The notes: generated by a model not told the origin, from the sequence alone. A DNA stretch of 64,000 bases from Agromyces sp. (GCA_031178045.1 JAPSJT010000001.1:5429-69428), one strand, 5' to 3'. Shown: positions 36,017-45,368, counted from the stretch's first letter. Numbers and translations are program-made.

Positions 36017-38449
36017 TCAGGCGACCGAGCCGTAGGCGACCACGCCTCGACGCACCGCGTCGATGGCTGCTCGAGCGGTCGCTCCGAGCTCGGCATCCGC
36101 CACGATCGAGATCTGGTCGAGCAGGTCGACCACCTGCTTCGTCAGACGAACGAAGTCGCCCGCAGCGAGCTCGGTGTCGGCGAGCACAGCCCCCAGGGCG
36201 GCGCCGTTGGCCCAGGCATGCATCGCCGTGGCGAGCGCCGGTGAGGGCTGTTCGCTCCCCGAGAGGCGGTGATCGCGCTCGAGGTCGTCGAGTTCGCTCC
36301 AGACATCCGTCGTCGCTTCGAACGCGGCGCGGAATCGGCCGCGCGGCAGCCGGTACTCGACGCCGCGATCGTCGCGGCGGGGCTCGTAGACCAACGCCGC
36401 CGCCATCGCGGCGAGCGAACCCACGTCGAGCCCGTCCCACAGGCCCTGGCGCAGGCACTCGGCTACGAGCAGGTCACGTTCGCCGTAGATGCGCTTCAGG
36501 ATGCGTCCGGCCGCGGTCGAGACGAGCGAGCCGCGGTCGTCGCGCTCGAGATACCCGAGCTGCTCGAGCACTTCGGCCACGCGGTCGAACCGCTTCGCGA
36601 CCTGGCCCGTACGGGTGCGGATCTGCCGCGAGAGCTGGTCGTGCTCCTGCTTCAGCCGCCACCAGCGTTCGGCCCAACGAGCGTGCTGTTCGCGTTCCGC
36701 GCAGCCGTGGCAGGGGTGGGCCCGCATCGTCTTGCGGGCGGCCGTCAGTTCGCGCTGCAGGCGCTCGCGCTGCGAGTGCGTCGGGTTGCCCTTCGACGTC
36801 TGACGTTCGAGCTCGCCGATGCGTCGGCGAATGGCCGCGTACTCGCCGAAGTCGCCGAGATGACAGCGCATCGCCTCTTCGTACCCCGCCATCGAGTCCT
36901 CCTGCTTGCGCAGGGTGCGGGCGAGATCGACGACGGCCCGGTCGGCCTGGAACTGGGCGAACGACAGCTCGAGGATCTGTCTCGTGCGCTCTCGCCCGAA
37001 CTGGTCGACGAGGTTCACGGCCATGTTGTAGGTGGGCTTGAAGCTCGAGTTGAGCGGATAACTGCGACGGGAAGCGAGGGCGGCGACGGCCTCGGGGTCG
37101 AGCCCGTCCACCCACTGGATGACCGAGTGCCCCTCGACGTCGATGCCACGGCGACCTGCGCGCCCGGTGAGTTGGGTGTACTCGCCCGGCGTGATCGGCA
37201 CGCGGGCCTCCCCGTTGAACTTCTCGAGCTTCTCGAGCACGACCGATCGGGCCGGCATGTTGACCCCGAGCGCGAGGGTCTCGGTGGCGAAGACGACCTT
37301 CAGGAGCTTGAGCTGGAAGAGCTCCTCGACGACCTCCTTGAACGCCGGCAGCATCCCGGCGTGGTGGGCGGCGACGCCACGTTGCAGCCCCTCGAGCCAC
37401 TCCCAATAGCCGAGCACGGCGAGGTCCTCGTCGCGGAGCATCCGCGCACGAGCCTCGACGATCGACCGGATCTCATCGCGTTCGGCCGCTTCCGTGAGGC
37501 GGATGCCCGAGCGCAGCACCTGTCGGACCGCCTGATCGCAGCCGGCTCGGGAGAAGATGAAGAATATCGCCGGCAGCAGGTGCTTGCCGTGCAGCAGTTC
37601 GACCACATCGGGGCGCTCGACCCGGCCCTCCCGTGGCGAGGGTTGGTGGAACCTCCCGCGATCGCTCCCGCGTCGACCGCGCGCCGATCGTGTGGAGATC
37701 GAGCGCCCGCCCGAACGGGCGAGACGCTGCAGCTCGGGATTCACACGATTCGTCGCGGCTTGCCCGGAGGAGTCGAAGAGGTCGATGAGTTTCGCCTTCA
37801 CGAGCACATGCTGCTCGAGCGGCACCGGTCGATCCTCGGAGACGATGACGTCGGTATCGCCACGGACCGCCTGCAGCCAATCGCCGAACTCCTCGGCGTT
37901 CGACACGGTGGCGCTCAGGGAGACGAGGCGCACCGCCTCAGGAAGGTGGATGATCACCTCTTCCCACACGGCCCCGCGGAAGCGATCGGCGAGATAGTGC
38001 ACCTCGTCCATGACCACGTAGGCGAGGCGGTCGAGCAGCGGGGAATCGGCATAGAGCATGTTGCGGAGCACCTCGGTGGTCATCACGACGATGCGAGCGC
38101 TCGAGTTGATGTTCGTGTCGCCTGTGAGCAGGCCCACCCTGTCGGCGCCCCACTCCTCGACGAACTCCTGGTACTTCTGGTTGCTGAGCGCCTTGATGGG
38201 CGTCGTGTAGAAGACCTTCTCGCCCGGTTCCTGCATGGCGAGGAAGACCGCGAACTCGGCGACGACCGTCTTGCCCGCGCCCGTCGGTGCGGCGACGAGC
38301 ACGCTCCGGCCCTCGTCGAGCGCTCCGCACGCGGCGTACTGGAACGGGTCGAGGTCGAAACGCAATCGGGAGGCGAATTCCGCGAGCCGCGGCTGTCGCC
38401 GTTGCTGTCGAGACAGCGCGTAGCGCTCGGCCGGAGAGAGGCTCATCAC
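36017..38449 (-). CDS. helY: Ski2-like DEAD/DEAH-box RNA helicase HelY
   Basis: 810 aa. 'APTGAGKT', 'VVMDEVHY', 'SATVSN', 'HHAGMLP' and 'TETLALGVNMPAR'. Conserved position next to tatC. Confidence 0.9.
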   Translation of the reverse strand: MMSLSPAERYALSRQQRRQPRLAEFASRLRFDLDPFQYAACGALDEGRSVLVAAPTGAGKTVVAEFAVFLAMQEPGEKVFYTTPIKALSNQKYQEFVEEWGADRVGLLTGDTNINSSARIVVMTTEVLRNMLYADSPLLDRLAYVVMDEVHYLADRFRGAVWEEVIIHLPEAVRLVSLSATVSNAEEFGDWLQAVRGDTDVIVSEDRPVPLEQHVLVKAKLIDLFDSSGQAATNRVNPELQRLARSGGRSISTRSARGRRGSDRGRFHQPSPREGRVERPDVVELLHGKHLLPAIFFIFSRAGCDQAVRQVLRSGIRLTEAAERDEIRSIVEARARMLRDEDLAVLGYWEWLEGLQRGVAAHHAGMLPAFKEVVEELFQLKLLKVVFATETLALGVNMPARSVVLEKLEKFNGEARVPITPGEYTQLTGRAGRRGIDVEGHSVIQWVDGLDPEAVAALASRRSYPLNSSFKPTYNMAVNLVDQFGRERTRQILELSFAQFQADRAVVDLARTLRKQEDSMAGYEEAMRCHLGDFGEYAAIRRRIGELERQTSKGNPTHSQRERLQRELTAARKTMRAHPCHGCAEREQHARWAERWWRLKQEHDQLSRQIRTRTGQVAKRFDRVAEVLEQLGYLERDDRGSLVSTAAGRILKRIYGERDLLVAECLRQGLWDGLDVGSLAAMAAALVYEPRRDDRGVEYRLPRGRFRAAFEATTDVWSELDDLERDHRLSGSEQPSPALATAMHAWANGAALGAVLADTELAAGDFVRLTKQVVDLLDQISIVADAELGATARAAIDAVRRGVVAYGSVA

Positions 38450-38458
38450 CCCTCCAGC

Positions 38459-39265
38459 CTAGACAGCGCTGCCGAACTCCAGGCGATTCCTGCGCTCGAC
38501 GCGCTTGTCGTGAAGGTGGGCGATGCCCCAGGCCGCGAAGTACAGCGCGATCATCGGGATGGCGAGCATGAACATGGAGACGACGTCGGCCGACGGCGTC
38601 GCGATCGCCGTGAACAGGACGATCACGAGGATCGCGATGCGCCACGACTTGATGAGCGCCGCCGCGCTCAGGATTCCGGCGAAGTTCAGCAGCACGAGGA
38701 ACACCGGAACCACGAAGGCCACGCCGATCGCGACCACGAGCTTCAGCACGAAGTCGATGTACTCCTTGGCCGTGAGCAGGGACTCGGCCCCGGCGGGCAC
38801 GAAGCTGGTCATCAGCTTCACGATGTTGGGGAGCACGAACCAGCCGGCAGCGCAGCCGGCGAAGAACAGCGGGATCGCGGTGGCGAAGAACGCGAAGGTG
38901 AACTTGCGCTCACGCGTGTTCAGGCCAGGCACGAGGAACGCGAAGATCTGGTACAGCCACACCGGGCTCGAGAGCACGAGGCCGAGCGTGAAGGCGATCT
39001 GCAGCCTGAGGTCGAACGCGCTCGAGATCGTCGGGAAGATGATCGCGGTCGTGCCTTCGCCGGCGGCATTGGCCTCAGCGACACGCTTCACCGGATCTTG
39101 GATGGCCTCCCAGACGAACAGGTCGGTGAGCACCCAGCCGGCGATTCCGCCGACGACGACCGCCAGCGCCGAGATGAAGAGGCGCTTGCGCAGCTCGATG
39201 AGATGCGCGCCGAGCGACATCCGCTTCTCGCGGTTCTTCTGCCCGCGATCCTTCACCGCGGTCAT
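38459..39265 (-). CDS. tatC: twin-arginine translocase subunit TatC
   Basis: 268 aa, 6 TM helices, N-terminal 'MSLGAHLIELRKRL'. Confidence 0.95.
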   Translation of the reverse strand: MTAVKDRGQKNREKRMSLGAHLIELRKRLFISALAVVVGGIAGWVLTDLFVWEAIQDPVKRVAEANAAGEGTTAIIFPTISSAFDLRLQIAFTLGLVLSSPVWLYQIFAFLVPGLNTRERKFTFAFFATAIPLFFAGCAAGWFVLPNIVKLMTSFVPAGAESLLTAKEYIDFVLKLVVAIGVAFVVPVFLVLLNFAGILSAAALIKSWRIAILVIVLFTAIATPSADVVSMFMLAIPMIALYFAAWGIAHLHDKRVERRNRLEFGSAV

Positions 39266-39270
39266 CGGAG

Positions 39271-39492
39271 TCAGGCGCTCTTGCCGGAGTTCGGCTCGTC
39301 GGACTTCGGCGCGGCCTCTGCCTCGGTCGTCGCCGTCGCATCGTCACCCTTGTCGCTGCGGACTTCGCTCTTCAGGATCTTCATCGACTGTCCGAGGCTG
39401 CGGGCGAGCGCCGGGAGCTTCGGGGCTCCGAAGAGCAGCAGGATGACCACGAGGATGATGAGTGCGTGCCAACCGGTGAAGCCTTGCCACAT
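39271..39492 (-). CDS. tatA: twin-arginine translocase subunit TatA
   Basis: Internal ATG of ORF 39271..39570. 73 aa: 'GWHALIILVVILLLFGAPKLPALARSLGQSMK'. Confidence 0.9.
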   Translation of the reverse strand: MWQGFTGWHALIILVVILLLFGAPKLPALARSLGQSMKILKSEVRSDKGDDATATTEAEAAPKSDEPNSGKSA

Positions 39493-39529
39493 GAGTGTTC
39501 GTCCGTTCTCGGGGAATGTTGTCGACAGT

Positions 39530-40537
39530 CTAACGGTCGCCGGTCCGGCGCTCTCGCATCGTACCCGCATCGGAATATCCGGCGAGCCCGGCGGCGGCCC
39601 AATCCGCCACGGCGGCGCGAGCCTCCGCCGGCGCGACGACCGTGATGAGGCCCGGCAGTCCGGCGACGAGCCGCTTCAGGCCGTGCACGTGGGCGAGCCG
39701 AAGCGTCACCCGCAAGCGCTCGTCGACTTCCTGCGTGCTCGAGTCGGCGAGGTAGTCGGCGATCAGCGGGAGCGCCTCGGGAGAGACGTCGACGACGACG
39801 TCGAGGTCGGAATCCGAGCCCTGGAACAGGGTGTCGGGAACCCGACGATGCGAGTGGTCGCCGATCGGCTCTTCGGTGACGAGCAGTCCGCTCATCCGGT
39901 CGACGCGGAAATTGCGGACGTCCTCGCGCAAGTGGCAGTACGCCTGCAGATACCAGTCGGCGTCCTGCGAGATGATCCGAAGAGGGTCGGCCCGCCGCCG
40001 ACGACGCTCGCCTCGGGCGTTGAGGTAGTCGAATTCGAGCTGGCGACCCTCGGCCACCGCCGAGCGGATCGTGGCGAGCGAGGCGTCGGCTTCGGACTCG
40101 GCCACGGCGAGCCTACTCGGTGCGGCGGATGCCCCGGCGGTGAGCTTGTCCATGAGCGACGCGAGTGAAGCGCTGTCGGCGTTCTCGGGCGACGCCGAGA
40201 GGTACTGGAGGCCGGCGATGAGCGCCGCGGCCTCACGCGCCGAGAGTCGCGGTGCATCGTCGATCGCGACGTGGTGCACGATGACGATGACGTCGTCGTC
40301 TTCGAAGGAGTCCCAGTCGATGTCGAAGAGGTCGTTCGGTTGATACGTCCCGGTGGATCCGGGGAGGCCGGACGTGGCGATGAGGCGAACGGCCTCCCGG
40401 ATCTCCTCTTCGGTCATGCCGAAGTGCGTCGCGGCCTCTGCGACGTCGACGACCCGCTGTTCGAGCAGGTACGGCACGAACGAGAGCAGGAACACGAGCT
40501 TGTCGGGCCCCTTCAGCGGCTTCGGGCGGGCGGCCAT
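39530..40537 (-). CDS. pafC: WYL-domain transcriptional regulator PafC
   Basis: The ATG overlaps the pafB stop (TGATG). 335 aa with an N-terminal wHTH 'VDVAEAATHFGMTEEEIREAV' and a WYL region 'DADWYLQAYCH'. Confidence 0.85.
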   Translation of the reverse strand: MAARPKPLKGPDKLVFLLSFVPYLLEQRVVDVAEAATHFGMTEEEIREAVRLIATSGLPGSTGTYQPNDLFDIDWDSFEDDDVIVIVHHVAIDDAPRLSAREAAALIAGLQYLSASPENADSASLASLMDKLTAGASAAPSRLAVAESEADASLATIRSAVAEGRQLEFDYLNARGERRRRRADPLRIISQDADWYLQAYCHLREDVRNFRVDRMSGLLVTEEPIGDHSHRRVPDTLFQGSDSDLDVVVDVSPEALPLIADYLADSSTQEVDERLRVTLRLAHVHGLKRLVAGLPGLITVVAPAEARAAVADWAAAGLAGYSDAGTMRERRTGDR

Positions 40538-41568
40538 CACTGCTCCCCACCGCCGCGATGCGCCGCCGCGACCGTCTCCAGGCGCGAGCGCACCGCGTCG
40601 CGGAGCGAGTCGGGCGCGAGCACCCGGACCTCGGGCCCGTAGGCGGCGAGCTCGTCGGCGAACACCGCGACATCCGTGTAGTGCATCCGGATGACGCCCG
40701 CGTCGTCGTCGCGCAGCACGGCACGCCGGCCCAGTCGTATCTCGGCGTCGCTTCCGGCGGTCACCGCGAGATCCGCGCTGTTCTGCAGGCGCAGCGCGTC
40801 GAGTTCGGCGAGGATCCGGTCCTGGATGCCAGGGGGCGGCGCCTCGAAGGTGCGGCCGGGAACGGGCGCCACCGGGCCGATGATGCGCGAGAGGAGGAAC
40901 GTGCGCGGTTCGCGGACGTCGTGGTCGAAGCCGTGCAGGTGCCATCGGCCCTCGTGCAGCACGACCGCGAGCGGATCGACGGTGCGCTGGCGCGGCGCGG
41001 CCTCACCGGGCTTGAAGTACCGGAAGCGCACCGTCTGGCGGCGATCGAGCGCCTGGCGCAGCGGCTCGAACGAGGCATCCCGCACGCGCAGCCTCGGCGC
41101 GTAGCCGATGACCGGCTCGCGGGGTTCGATGCCGAGCGAGCGGAGCTTCGTGAGTGCGCGTTGCGAGTCGGCCGAGAGGGAGGCCTCACGCCACACCTCG
41201 GCGGCAAGACCGAGCAGGGCGAGTTCGTCGGGAGTGAAACGCACCTCGTCGGGAAGGTCGTACTGGCCCTTCGGGATGCGGTAACGCAGCGCCTGGTTGT
41301 CACCGGGACGATCGGGAGACTCGACCGTCTCGAGCGGGATGCCGAGCTCGCGGATGTCGTCCTTGTCGCGCTCGAACTGCCGCTCGAGGTTCGCATTCTG
41401 GCCTGCGGGATCGTAGCGTTCGGCGTAGCCGCGCACCGACGAGAGGATCTCGGACTTCAGGAGGCCGGTCTCGGTGGCGAGCAGTGCCAGAACGAGACTG
41501 AAGAGTCGGTCTTCGACCGGAATCCTCGACTCCCCCGCGCGCGCTGCTCCAGCCACACGAGCGATCAT
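40537..41568 (-). CDS. pafB: WYL-domain transcriptional regulator PafB
   Basis: 343 aa. 'RLFSLVLALL...GLLKSEIL' wHTH and WYL region 'EGRWHLHGFDH'. Immediately upstream of pafC-tatA-tatC-helY. Confidence 0.85.
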   Translation of the reverse strand: MIARVAGAARAGESRIPVEDRLFSLVLALLATETGLLKSEILSSVRGYAERYDPAGQNANLERQFERDKDDIRELGIPLETVESPDRPGDNQALRYRIPKGQYDLPDEVRFTPDELALLGLAAEVWREASLSADSQRALTKLRSLGIEPREPVIGYAPRLRVRDASFEPLRQALDRRQTVRFRYFKPGEAAPRQRTVDPLAVVLHEGRWHLHGFDHDVREPRTFLLSRIIGPVAPVPGRTFEAPPPGIQDRILAELDALRLQNSADLAVTAGSDAEIRLGRRAVLRDDDAGVIRMHYTDVAVFADELAAYGPEVRVLAPDSLRDAVRSRLETVAAAHRGGGEQ

Positions 41569-41605
41569 ACTGAACCGCGGCCGGACCTCGGCCGCCGCCG
41601 GCAGA

Positions 41606-42547
41606 TCAGATCACGCCCAGGATGTCGATGACGAAGAAGAGCGTGGAGCCGGCGGGAATGGCACCGGCCGCCTGGTCGCCGTATCCCTCGGACGGGGGCA
41701 CGATGACGCCCACCTGCGATCCCACGGACTGCCCGACGATCGCCTTGGTGAAGCCCGGGATGACCTGCGCCTCGTCGCCGTCACCGACGACGAAGGTCGT
41801 CGGCGCGCCGTTCTCCCAGCTCGAGTCGAAGACCTCGCCGTCCGCCCAGGTCACGCCCGTGTACTGCACCACGACGGTGTCGCCGTCTTCGACGACGCCG
41901 CCGTTGCCGCGCTTCAGCACCTCGACCTCGGACACCTCGTCGACCGGCGGGTCGGCCTTCGGCACCGTGATGCCCGGGCGCCCGTCGGGCGCGAGCACGA
42001 CCGCCGGGAAGCCGTCGCGCGTCAGCTGCGGTGCTCCGTCGGCCCGTGCCGGGAAGGCGCGCTGCACGTCGAAGACGGCCACGAGGCTATCGCCGCCGGC
42101 CGCGGATTCGGGGTCGCTGCCCGGGCTGATGAGCTCCTCCGAGGGCGCGACCACGACGACCCGCGAGCCTTCGCGTGCGCAGCTGAGGCCTTTCGTGAAC
42201 GCGATCGGCGTGTCGCCGCCGAGCGTGAGCGGCGCGGCATCGTCGTCGTACCCGACCACCTGCGCCTCTTCACCGGTGCTGCCGTTGAAGAGCGACGCGC
42301 CGAGCAGCACGAACTGTCCCTCCTGGAGCAGCTCGCCCTCACCCTCGATGATCTCGGTGCACTGCGTCTCCTCGGGCTCGAGGGGCGTCGGGAACTCGAC
42401 CCTCGGCTCGCTGCCGAACTCTCCGCGAACCGTCACGGCCTCAGACGACCGACCCGAGCTCGCCGCCGGGGCGGGAGCGGAAGCGCAGCCGGACAGGACC
42501 ACGGCGACGAGGCCTGCCGTGGCGATGAGGGCGGATGACGAGCGCAC
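41606..42547 (-). CDS. FKBP-type peptidyl-prolyl cis-trans isomerase, lipoprotein
   Basis: Within ORF 41606..42769, GTG 42547 is preceded by GAGGA (4-nt spacing) and gives a signal peptide with lipobox LSGC. The C-terminal FKBP core is 'GDTVVVQYTGVTWADGEVFDSSW' and 'GFTKAIVGQSVGSQVGVIVPP..GYG'. Confidence 0.8.
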   Translation of the reverse strand: MRSSSALIATAGLVAVVLSGCASAPAPAASSGRSSEAVTVRGEFGSEPRVEFPTPLEPEETQCTEIIEGEGELLQEGQFVLLGASLFNGSTGEEAQVVGYDDDAAPLTLGGDTPIAFTKGLSCAREGSRVVVVAPSEELISPGSDPESAAGGDSLVAVFDVQRAFPARADGAPQLTRDGFPAVVLAPDGRPGITVPKADPPVDEVSEVEVLKRGNGGVVEDGDTVVVQYTGVTWADGEVFDSSWENGAPTTFVVGDGDEAQVIPGFTKAIVGQSVGSQVGVIVPPSEGYGDQAAGAIPAGSTLFFVIDILGVI

Positions 42548-42590
42548 TGATCCTCGATTCTTCGATGGGACGCGGAGGGGCGGTGAAAGC

Positions 42591-43685
42591 CTACCCGCCA
42601 TTGGCGGAGGGGGCGGTGGAGGCCGAGTCGGGGCCAGCCGACTCGAGGCCGGCCGACTCCAGGCCGGACGAGTCGGGGTCGGACGACTCGGGGTCGGGCG
42701 ACTCGCCGCCACGCGAGCGCTCGGCCGCGGCATCCGCTGCCCGTACCCGCTTGCGGAGCGCCTTGTCACTCACGGTGCGTTCGCCGAGTGCGCCCGGCGT
42801 CCAGATCTCGACGTCCTCGTCGCTGAACTCGGTCTTCGACGGTCGTCGCTTGAGCTCGGGCAGCACGGTGTCGGGGGCGAGCCGTCGAGCCGTGAGCAGG
42901 AACCCCGTGTGCGCGATCATGCGGTGATCGGGGCGCACTGCGAGACCCTGCACGTGCCAGCCGCGCACCATCGTCTCGGACGAGTTCGGCTCGGTGTATC
43001 GGCCGGTCGCGCGGATCGCCTCGGCCACTCGGGAGAGCTGGGTGACCGTCGCGATGTAGCAGAGCAGGACGCCGCCGGGCTTCAGAGCCGTCGACACCGC
43101 GTCGATGCACTCCCACGGAGCGAGCATGTCGAGCACCACGCGGTCGACGGATGCCTCGGGCGCGGCCTCGGGCAGTGCCTCGGCCAGATCGCCGAGCGTG
43201 ATCGACCAGTTCTCGGGGTCGGCGCCGTGGAACGTCGCGACGTTGCCGCGAGCGACGTCGGCGAATTCCTCCCGCCGTTCGAAGGAGAGCAGCCGACCGG
43301 TGGGACCGATGGCGCGCAGCAGCCAGAGCGAGAGCGCGCCCGAGCCGACCCCCGCCTCGACGACCGTCGCGCCGGGGAAGATGTCGGCCTGCGCGAGGAT
43401 CTGCGCGGCATCCTTCGGATAGACGATCGCAGCACCGCGCGGCATCGACATCACGAAGTCGCTGAGCAGCGGTCGGAGGGCCAGGTACTCGATGCCGACC
43501 TGGTTCGTCACGACCGATCCGTCGGGCAGGCCGATGAGCTCGTCGTGCGCGATCGGGCCCTTGTGGGAGTGGAAGAGCTTGCCCGGCTCGAGGGTGATCG
43601 TGTGCATCCGGCCCTTGGGTCCGGTGAGCTGCACGCGGTCGCCGACCCGGAAGGGTCCGCTCCGCTCGCCGCGGCTCTCGATCAC
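42591..43685 (-). CDS. trmI: tRNA (adenine-N1)-methyltransferase TrmI with an acidic/Ser-rich repeat tail
   Basis: Within ORF 42591..44090, the GTG start overlaps the HAD stop (GTGA). 'VVEAGVGSGALSLWLL' SAM motif and 'GGVLLCYIATVTQ'. The C-terminal tail is encoded by the 15-bp repeats. Confidence 0.85.
   Translation of the reverse strand: MIESRGERSGPFRVGDRVQLTGPKGRMHTITLEPGKLFHSHKGPIAHDELIGLPDGSVVTNQVGIEYLALRPLLSDFVMSMPRGAAIVYPKDAAQILAQADIFPGATVVEAGVGSGALSLWLLRAIGPTGRLLSFERREEFADVARGNVATFHGADPENWSITLGDLAEALPEAAPEASVDRVVLDMLAPWECIDAVSTALKPGGVLLCYIATVTQLSRVAEAIRATGRYTEPNSSETMVRGWHVQGLAVRPDHRMIAHTGFLLTARRLAPDTVLPELKRRPSKTEFSDEDVEIWTPGALGERTVSDKALRKRVRAADAAAERSRGGESPDPESSDPDSSGLESAGLESAGPDSASTAPSANGG
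42621..42710. repeat. 6 x 15-bp imperfect tandem repeat (consensus GGNCGASTCGGGGYC)
   Basis: Units start at 42621, 42636, 42651, 42666, 42681 and 42696. On the minus strand they encode GGESP-DPESS-DPDSS-GLESA-GLESA-GPDSA at the TrmI C-terminus. Confidence 0.85.
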
Positions 43686-44377
43686 GCGCTCGCCTTCCGC
43701 GCGTCGAGGAGCGCCGCGACATCCGCGACGGACCGGCCCTCGAGGCTGTGCCAGAGCGCATGCGCCGGAGCCTCGTCGAGGGGCAGCATGTTCGGCACGC
43801 CGACCGCGATGGCGCCCGCCGCCCACGCCGACGTGAGGCCGGCCGGCGAATCCTCGATCGCCACGCAGTCCCGCACGTCGACGCCGAGCGCGTCGGCCGC
43901 GGCGAGGTACGGCTCGGGATGGGGCTTGGCGTTCTCGACGGCATCCCCGGTGACGATGACGTCGAACGCCTCGAACGGAATGGCCCTCACGATGTCGTCG
44001 GCCATCGTGCGGATCGACATCGTCACGAGCGCGGTGGGCACGGATGCCTCGCGCAGCGCCTCGAGCAGTTCGCGCGCCCCCGGGCGCCACGGCACCCCGA
44101 ACTCGGCGAGCTGCTCCTGCACGCGTGCGGTGAGGCGCGCGACGATCGTGTCGGCGTCGAGGTCGACGCCCGCGGCCCGGAACACCTCCGCGGACTCCCA
44201 GAGCCCGCTGCCGACCACGCCGAGCGCGTCTTCATGGGTCCAGCGGCCGCCGAACGACTCGATGAGTTCGACCTCCGCCGCCATCCAGTACTGCTCGGTG
44301 TCGACGAGGGTGCCGTCCATGTCCCAGAGGACGGCGGCAGGCAGGTGGGTAGTCACAACCCGCAAGTCTACGGGCAC
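43682..44377 (-). CDS. HAD family hydrolase (phosphatase)
   Basis: 231 aa with a 'LWDMDGTLVDTE' DxD motif. GTG start at 44377; in-frame GTGs at 44359 and 44356 are alternatives. Confidence 0.8.
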   Translation of the reverse strand: MPVDLRVVTTHLPAAVLWDMDGTLVDTEQYWMAAEVELIESFGGRWTHEDALGVVGSGLWESAEVFRAAGVDLDADTIVARLTARVQEQLAEFGVPWRPGARELLEALREASVPTALVTMSIRTMADDIVRAIPFEAFDVIVTGDAVENAKPHPEPYLAAADALGVDVRDCVAIEDSPAGLTSAWAAGAIAVGVPNMLPLDEAPAHALWHSLEGRSVADVAALLDARKASA

Positions 44378-44431
44378 GGCCTATTGTGGAGTGGACCCCG
44401 CATCGCCGGGGCGGGAAGCGGGGCACCAGGA

Positions 44432-45349
44432 GTGAATCAGCCGGCCGGTTTCGAGGGCGGAAGGCTGCTCGTCGTCGCGTTCGAGGGTTGGAACGACGCC
44501 GGCGAGGCGGCGACCGGGGCGGCGAAGCTCCTCGCGGAGCGGCTCGGGCTCGACGAGATCGCTGCGGTCGACCCCGAGCTCTACTTCGACTACCAGTTCA
44601 CGAGGCCCACCGTGGTGATGGGCGACGACGGCGTGCGCCGCATCGAATGGCCCGGCGCCGCGATCCTCGGACCGGGCGGCGAACCGCCCGCCGATCCCGA
44701 GGAGCGCGTCACGGGTCCGGGCGCGGAAGCCCTGCACGTGCTCATCGGCGCGGAACCGGCGCGCAGCTGGAAGGGATTCGCCGCCGAGCTCATCGACGCG
44801 GCGCTCGCCGCCGACATCGAGGGCATCGTGCTCCTCGGCGCGATGCTCGCCGACGCACCGCACACGCGTCCCCTCTCCGTCTTCGCCTCGAGCGAGAACC
44901 CAGAGGTGCGCGCGGCGCTCGGCGTCGAGCGCTCGAGCTACGAGGGCCCCGTCGGCATCCTCAGCGTCATCGCCGACCAGGCCGAGCGCGCCGGCATCCC
45001 GACCGTCTCGCTGTGGGCCTCGGTGCCGCACTACGTGCACAACGCACCGTCGCCGAAGGCCGTGCTCGCCCTGCTCGGCAAGGTCGAGGAGCTGACGGGC
45101 CTCAGCATCCCTCGCGGCACGCTCGAGGCCGAGGCGAAGGCATGGGAGGCGGGCGTCGATGCCCTCGCCGCCGATGACGAGGACATGGCCGGCTACATCA
45201 CCCAGCTCGAGCAGGCGCGCGACGCCGTCGACGCCCCCGAGGCGAGCGGCGAGGCGATCGCGCAGGAGTTCGAGCGCTACCTGCGGCGCCGCGGTGAAGG
45301 ACCCGACGGTCGCGCCGACGGGCGGGAGGGCCCGGCCGGACCGCGCTGA
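44432..45349 (+). CDS. PAC2 (proteasome assembly chaperone 2-like) family protein
   Basis: In-frame GTG after CAGGAG within ORF 43748..45349. 'LLVVAFEGWNDAGEAAT' and 'SLWASVPHYV' are typical of actinobacterial PAC2 proteins. Confidence 0.8.
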   Translation: MNQPAGFEGGRLLVVAFEGWNDAGEAATGAAKLLAERLGLDEIAAVDPELYFDYQFTRPTVVMGDDGVRRIEWPGAAILGPGGEPPADPEERVTGPGAEALHVLIGAEPARSWKGFAAELIDAALAADIEGIVLLGAMLADAPHTRPLSVFASSENPEVRAALGVERSSYEGPVGILSVIADQAERAGIPTVSLWASVPHYVHNAPSPKAVLALLGKVEELTGLSIPRGTLEAEAKAWEAGVDALAADDEDMAGYITQLEQARDAVDAPEASGEAIAQEFERYLRRRGEGPDGRADGREGPAGPR

Positions 45350-45368
45350 CGGATGCCGCGGCATCCGC

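Noticed and set aside
36269-40168. 1299-aa plus-strand ORF
   Set aside because: It lies antisense to helY, tatC, tatA and pafC, all of which carry clear family motifs. Its composition is dominated by R/G/E/A/D with no recognisable domain. This is a high-GC stop-codon-depletion artefact.
41372-41387. LexA-box-like TCGAAC-TGCC-GCTCGA inside pafB
   Set aside because: It has one mismatch to TCGAAC-N4-GTTCGA and lies about 190 nt inside the coding region. CTCGAAC/CTCGAG strings are frequent in this codon-biased DNA, so it is probably a chance match. It would only be worth testing if LexA ChIP data exist.
42621-42710. Tandem repeats considered as a CRISPR-like array
   Set aside because: The units are 15 bp and contiguous, with no spacers. 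They are in-frame within trmI, and no cas genes are present.
42548-42769. N-terminal extension of the FKBP lipoprotein (starts at 42769 or 42601)
   Set aside because: It would run through the trmI 3' repeat region in another frame (PTPSRPTPTRP...). GTG 42547 has a GAGGA SD and yields a canonical lipoprotein signal peptide.
41622-44435. 937-aa plus-strand ORF, and the 7226..8773 minus-strand ORF of similar kind
   Set aside because: They lie antisense to FKBP/trmI/HAD and to the M20 dipeptidase respectively. Their Ser/Pro/Arg/Ala-rich composition is that of a non-coding frame.
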